DNA from: Octopus sinensis
Taxonomy: Eukaryota
Length of the DNA stretch: 53,129 nt
Assembly: GCF_006345805.1 (NCBI RefSeq)
Contig: NW_021833889.1
Location: forward strand, 1-53,129
Reading direction: 5' to 3'
Under the pieces are notes generated by a model, which saw only the letters and a program-made list of their open reading frames with translations, searched no databases and was not told the origin of the DNA. Below are positions 50,232 to 53,129 of this stretch, one piece after another. The position numbers and the translations under genes were made by a program. Numbering within the stretch: position 1 is the stretch's first letter; each line of letters begins with the position of its first letter.

Positions 50232-51418
50232 TTAGGTCGTCAAGAATGAAATTTGTAGAAAAGAAAAAAATGTTTACTAAAGTTTTATAAATACAAGGAA
50301 TAGTTTTATTCATCAACGTATGCACCCATATCGTGAATACACTTTTGCCATTTCAACGGAAGCTTGTCCAGCCGGGAACAGTAAAAGCCTAGCAATCTAG
50401 AGTCAATAAAATCTTGGAAGGCCCCTTTTACAGCATCGTCGGAATTAAAATTTTTCCCATCAAAAAGTGATCCAAATTCTGGAGAAAGTGGTAGCCAGTG
50501 GGGGCAAGATCAGGTGAGTATGATGGATGATTGAGAACTTCCAACTCCAACTCCAACTGCTGTAGTTTCGCCAATGTCACTTTTGTGATGTATGGTCTGG
50601 CATTGTCTTGCAATAAAATAGGAGTGGATCTGTTGACTAATCTAGGCTGTAGTTTTTTCCTATGTGTCTGCATCATTTGGTCCAGTTGGCTGCAGTATAC
50701 TTTGGCCGTGATCGAAGAGCCAGGTTTAATGAAATCATAATGAATCACACCAGCGCCAGACCACCAAACACACGAATTTTGCTTTTGGACTGTGCTTTGG
50801 TGGCTCGTCTTTGCTCAACCATTGTGCAGAACGTGTACGGTTGTTGTATTGGATCCATTTATTATTACATGTTACAATTTGATTAAAAAATGATTCACTT
50901 TTGTGACGAGAAAGTAGCATAATGCAGGCTTCCAAACGTTGCTGTTTCTGATTTTCATTGAGTTCATGTGGAACCCACTTATCCAACTTTTTCACTTTAC
51001 TGATTTGAACTAGGTGAGTCAATATTGTTTTCATGCTGTTTCTGGTCGACCGCGTTGCTCATCTGTGAAGCGAAAGTTACCAGAACGAAATTTTGCAAAT
51101 CAATTTGATAGTCTGCTGGGTAATAACATTAGAATGAAATACTCCATTAATATTCCGAGCTGTCTGTGATGCTGTATTTCCAAGAAAGAACTCGTGTTTC
51201 AAAACTGTACGAATTTCCTACTTATCCATCTCTAAACATAAATAGCAAAAAAGACTTATAAATATTTTATAAAGCTCAAAATGAGTTAGAATAAAGAAAT
51301 AGATGTCTCAGCTTTCTAACAAAAATTAAAGATTGTCAAAATATAATAATGGCGCAAAATGAGCAGCCGTCAAAGTTTACCATGTACCTTACTACATATT
51401 TCATACTTGACGGCCTAA
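50232..51418 (-). mobile_element. Mariner (DD34D) transposon, 1187 bp, internally deleted
   Basis: TIRs TTAGGTCGTCAAGAATGAAATTTG (from 50232, preceded by TA) and CATATTTCATACTTGACGGCCTAA (ending 51418). Confidence 0.92.
50306..51229 (-). pseudogene. Disrupted mariner transposase
   Basis: MDK*EIRTVLKHEF…WVPHELNENQKQQRLEACIMLL…LLQDNARPY…HPSYSPDLAPTGYHFL…WQKCIHDMGAYVDE*; the first and third catalytic Asp are lost. Confidence 0.92.
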
Positions 51419-51581
51419 CAATAATAAATACAAACATGTAACCAGTTCAAATATGTTTGAGGCGTTCAAATCTGTAAGAAGCCATTCACTGCATTTTGTG
51501 ATGGAGAAAATTTCTCATTGATGATAAATAGGTGTATATACACTGAGTCAGCCCATATAACCCACTAACCAAACTGTTTTG

Positions 51582-51621
51582 GTTGCATGCATTTCGGAGA
51601 GTTTATCTCCTCTTCAGCGAC
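51582..51621 (-). ncRNA. Hammerhead-like relic with a non-cleavable G17
   Basis: GTCG-CTGAAGA-GGAGA-TAAAC-TCTCC-GAA-ATGCAT-G-CAAC. Confidence 0.5.
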
Positions 51622-52234
51622 AGAGATCGTGAAGGAAGACGCTACGAACTGATGCAAGAGACACGTACCTCTTATTCTCGCCATCGTTCAATGACTGGTG
51701 ACGCTATTCAGCGGCTCGCCGTAATAAATAACATCGGATTAAAAGCCTTTTTGGATAGAAAATGTCGGGCAGCGTTCGATTTTTCCATCCAAATGTTTTT
51801 TCTTAAATCCAATATCTATATGCTATTATTTATAGTTTTATACACTTCGACCTACTAAAAGTACCAGCCAAGTCTCCCTCAATATACAACCAACTTTAAC
51901 CACACATAAAGAAATTGGATAACGTAGTCCAATGTGAACTAAATCAAAGATGGTGGCAACGGTCGGAAGAATTTTTGATCAGAGGTCTGTTGTATCAGGC
52001 TATCCAGGGGTTAAACTACAAATTCAACATCAACAACAACACCGATATCATCACTGACATCTCCCATCACTACACATCCGAATCATGTAAATATTTCCCA
52101 GACTGCAATGCTGTAAGCCATAATTCTTTATCTTTCAAAATGTCTGCTGTCACGTGTCAATGTGTCCAATAGGGACGCTTTCTTGACGGCTTCCGGAACG
52201 GCTATTTCTTTTTTCTTTTTATATCAGTGTTAAT

Positions 52235-52425
52235 GATGGTGATGGTGATGATGTGTTTATGGTGATGGTGGTGGTGGTGGTGGTTTGTGGTGGTGGTGGT
52301 GGTGCTTGTAATGGTGGCATAGATGAGGGCGGTGGAAATATGGTGGCGATTGTGGTAGTGGTGGTGGTGACGGTGGTGGTGGTGGCGGTGGTAGAGGTTG
52401 CGGTGTTGGTGGTGGGGTGGAGTCT
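52235..52425. repeat. (GGT)n-rich low-complexity tract
   Basis: Directly visible. Confidence 0.9.
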
Positions 52426-52850
52426 GTTGTTTACATAACCATTCTTTCTAACTCCTTGTCCATCTGTCTGTGTGTCTCTGTCTCTTTGTAGGCTGGACTC
52501 CTTGACAGCTTTTATCCGTTTTTCTCTCTCTTTCCTTTTCTAACTTCAGTTACATATTTCTTTCATTCCCTTCTTCCTTTCTACCTTCATTTCCTTCTTT
52601 CTTTCTTTCTTTCTTACTAAGTCCTTATATTCATCTCTCTCTCTCTCTCTCTCCTTGTTTTTCCGTTATATCTAGCTTTATCACTCATTACCTCACCCTC
52701 TATGTATCTGTGTGTCTGTCTCTCTATCTACCTGTATTTCTACCTATCTGCCTTTGCCATACAGCATCTCACTTTCTCCCTCCTTCTCTCTGTTTCCTCT
52801 CTCTCTCTCTCACTGTATTTTGTACAACACACACACACACATACACATAA

Positions 52851-52891
<41 letters not shown>

Positions 52892-53129
52892 AATTCAATA
52901 TCGTGTTTTACTTTGCGTGTGCTTTGTGTGTGCATATATACATATACATATATATATATATGTGTATGTATGTATGTATGTATGTATGTATGTATGTATA
53001 TATGTATGCATGCACACACAAACAAACACAAAGTAAGGCGCAATATTGAATTTTAACCCTTTAATATACTCGGAAGTCTATTAAGTTTTGAAAGACGAAA
53101 ACTGTGTCCTCTGTAACAATTAATAGACA

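Overview
AT-rich, microsatellite-saturated animal DNA, intronic or intergenic. The SINE, Helitron and Penelope repeat families look like those of octopod cephalopods; this is an inference from recalled repeat sequences, not a search. No intact protein-coding gene, tRNA/rRNA gene or CRISPR array is supportable, and almost all ORF-track entries are translations of simple repeats. Recognisable content: two dead Tc1/mariner-superfamily transposons with both TIRs (maT/DD37D-like at 3.6-4.6 kb, mariner/DD34D at 50.2-51.4 kb) plus a mariner 3' fragment; a Penelope-like GIY-YIG remnant; two tandem R4/Dong-like REL 3' ends beside an (ATT)n array; two non-autonomous Helitrons; hAT-type MITEs; about 20 tRNA-derived SINE copies of three families; and a circularly permuted ORF1-only LINE-like unit. 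The most interesting signal is a dispersed set of minimal hammerhead-ribozyme motifs with different cores and palindromic stem III. It includes a variant with an apparent A3:U8 compensatory core next to the Penelope endonuclease. A few unique islands carry strong regulatory motifs (RFX X-box, CTCF, ETS, CLEAR) and low-confidence exon candidates. All alignments and folds were done by eye, so repeat boundaries are approximate.
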